Shown here in pieces: positions 62,438-64,000 of a stretch of DNA of 64,000 nt (its first letter is position 1; every line of letters begins with the position of its first letter). The stretch spans positions 266,237 to 330,236 of the forward strand of contig NMRA01000486.1 of NCBI GenBank assembly GCA_002633005.1, in the 5' to 3' direction. The notes beneath the pieces were generated by a model. That model did not search any database and was not told the DNA's origin. It worked only from the letters and a program-made list of their open reading frames with translations. Made by a program: the position numbers and the translations under genes. Source of the stretch: Phoronis australis. Taxonomy: Eukaryota > Animalia > Phoronida.

Positions 62438-62843
62438 GTGTTGTACATTGTATTGAGTGTACATGTTAAAGACCGGCCGGTCTTGTTGTACATTGTATTG
62501 AGTGTAGTGCTAAAATACTGGCCAGTCTTGTTGTACATTGCATTGAGTGTAGTGTTAAAATACTGGCCAGTCTTGTTGTACATTGCATTGAATGTACATG
62601 TTAAAGGCTGGCCAGTCTTGTTGTACATTGTATTGAGTGTAGTGCTAAAATACTGGCCAGTCTTGTTGTACATTGCATTGAGTGTACATGTTAAAGGCTG
62701 GCCGGTCTTGTTGTACATTGTATTGAGTGTAGTGCTAAAATACTGGCCAGTCTTGTTGTACATTGCATTGAGTGTACATGTTAAAGGCTGGCCAGTCTTG
62801 TTGTACATTGTATTGAGTGTACAAGTTAAAGACTGGCCAGTCT
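62438..62843 (+). repeat. 45-bp minisatellite with two interspersed variants
   Basis: gtcttgttgtacattgyattgagtgta followed by either gtgctaaaatactggcca or catgttaaaggctggcca; about nine units. Confidence 0.92.
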
Positions 62844-63842
62844 TCATTTTCACTAATGAGAAGTGACTTTTGGGCTCAAAATGTCAGTTCGTTAATGCTT
62901 TAGAGCCACCGTGGGTGGTCCTTAGAGACTCTTTTCCATTTTCAAAAACAGAAGAAACGCCTTAGCAAACAAAAAATTTGTTTGTTTATTTTATTTTATT
63001 TTGTAAATTAGCTTGTTCAGTTTTTCTATTTCAACGTGATAAAATTGATCTTGGAATTGCTTCATTTTTTCTGCTAAATCATGCTGCAGCTCCGTTTTAT
63101 CGACAACTTGATGTTTCTCAAACACGGAAAAAGAACAGCGCCACCTTCAGAAGGAATGAACAACTACTTGAATATGTCTGCCACAAAACATTCATCAATT
63201 GATTTGTGGCCAGAGTTGAAGAATGTGTTATGTTCTTTATTTTTAACAGTTAACAACCAAAAATACTAGAATTATTATTTTTACACTTACTTGTCTGGAG
63301 GCTATCCCTTTTTTGATCGACATCAAACACCACTTGTATTGGCCAGTATGCAGACTGTCCATGTATACCTACAGCCCAGCTTAACCCAGACTGGATGCTG
63401 GACTCGACTTTCTAGCCCATATATATAACCAGTGTGCCAAATGGCAGTCTACCATTAAACTCCTAATGCTTGCCACATGTTTTATTATAAACGAGCATGG
63501 GATGTTGCCAGGGTTATATTGGGTATTGGGGAGTATGGCTTTTCTGAAGTTTTTATTATTTATTCTTTTTGCATTATGAGGCAAGTTGTGTAGCCCGTGT
63601 TAACCTGAGCTACAAGACTACTCTGACTGAGACGGCCATTTTCACTGTCAAGCAAATAACAGAGCTGATGAGGTCACTGCCTTGATTTCACTTGACTTTG
63701 ACTGGAACACAACAAATTTTGCTGTTCAACATCTCTGATCAAATCCAATAACACTGGAATAGAGGCAATAGTCTGATATAACGTGCCCGTATTTTGATGC
63801 CCGTCATTCTGTTGACAAAACTGGTTGTCAGATTTCGGGCGC

Positions 63843-64000
63843 GTTATATCAGACCATTACTGGAATAGAGATATCTGCCACAGTGCTACTATGGCGTTAT
63901 ATTAGACCATTACTGGAATAGAGATATCTGCCACAGTGCTACTATGGCGTTATATTAGACCATTACTGGAATAGAGATATCTGCCACAGTGCTACTATGG
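63843..64000 (+). repeat. 53-bp minisatellite running off the window end
   Basis: gaccattactggaatagagatatctgccacagtgctactatggcgttatatta starts at 63852, 63905 and 63958. Confidence 0.9.

Noticed and set aside
62327-62866. 179-aa hydrophobic repeat ORF and its antisense 144-aa ORF
   Set aside because: Both are products of the 45-bp tandem repeat.

Overview
Repeat-rich, intron-containing animal genomic DNA, probably an invertebrate (the taxon cannot be fixed from sequence alone). It is a draft scaffold with two N gaps and single-N contig joins at 10675, 29676, 41839, 46305 and 46812. I built four spliced genes by hand with phase-consistent splice sites. (1) On the minus strand, three exons encode the FTP and PepSY propeptide and the start of the mature domain of a bacterial-type M4 (vibriolysin/pseudolysin-like) zinc metalloprotease; its catalytic exons are not found and probably lie left of the window. 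(2) A complete 6-exon PQBP1 (256 aa). (3) A complete 8-coding-exon type-I membrane protein with two CUB domains and a long disordered tail (659 aa); its last exon is tandemly duplicated together with an L1/Tx1 relic. (4) The first three exons of UBE2N/Ubc13, with a GC-AG first intron. The rest is mobile DNA and minisatellites: L1/Tx1 relics, a Gypsy insertion present in one duplicate only, a solo LTR, THAP-bearing non-autonomous DNA transposons, and many CA...TG MITEs with 5-bp target-site duplications. The most notable signal is the intron-containing bacterial-like M4 protease, a candidate domesticated horizontal transfer.
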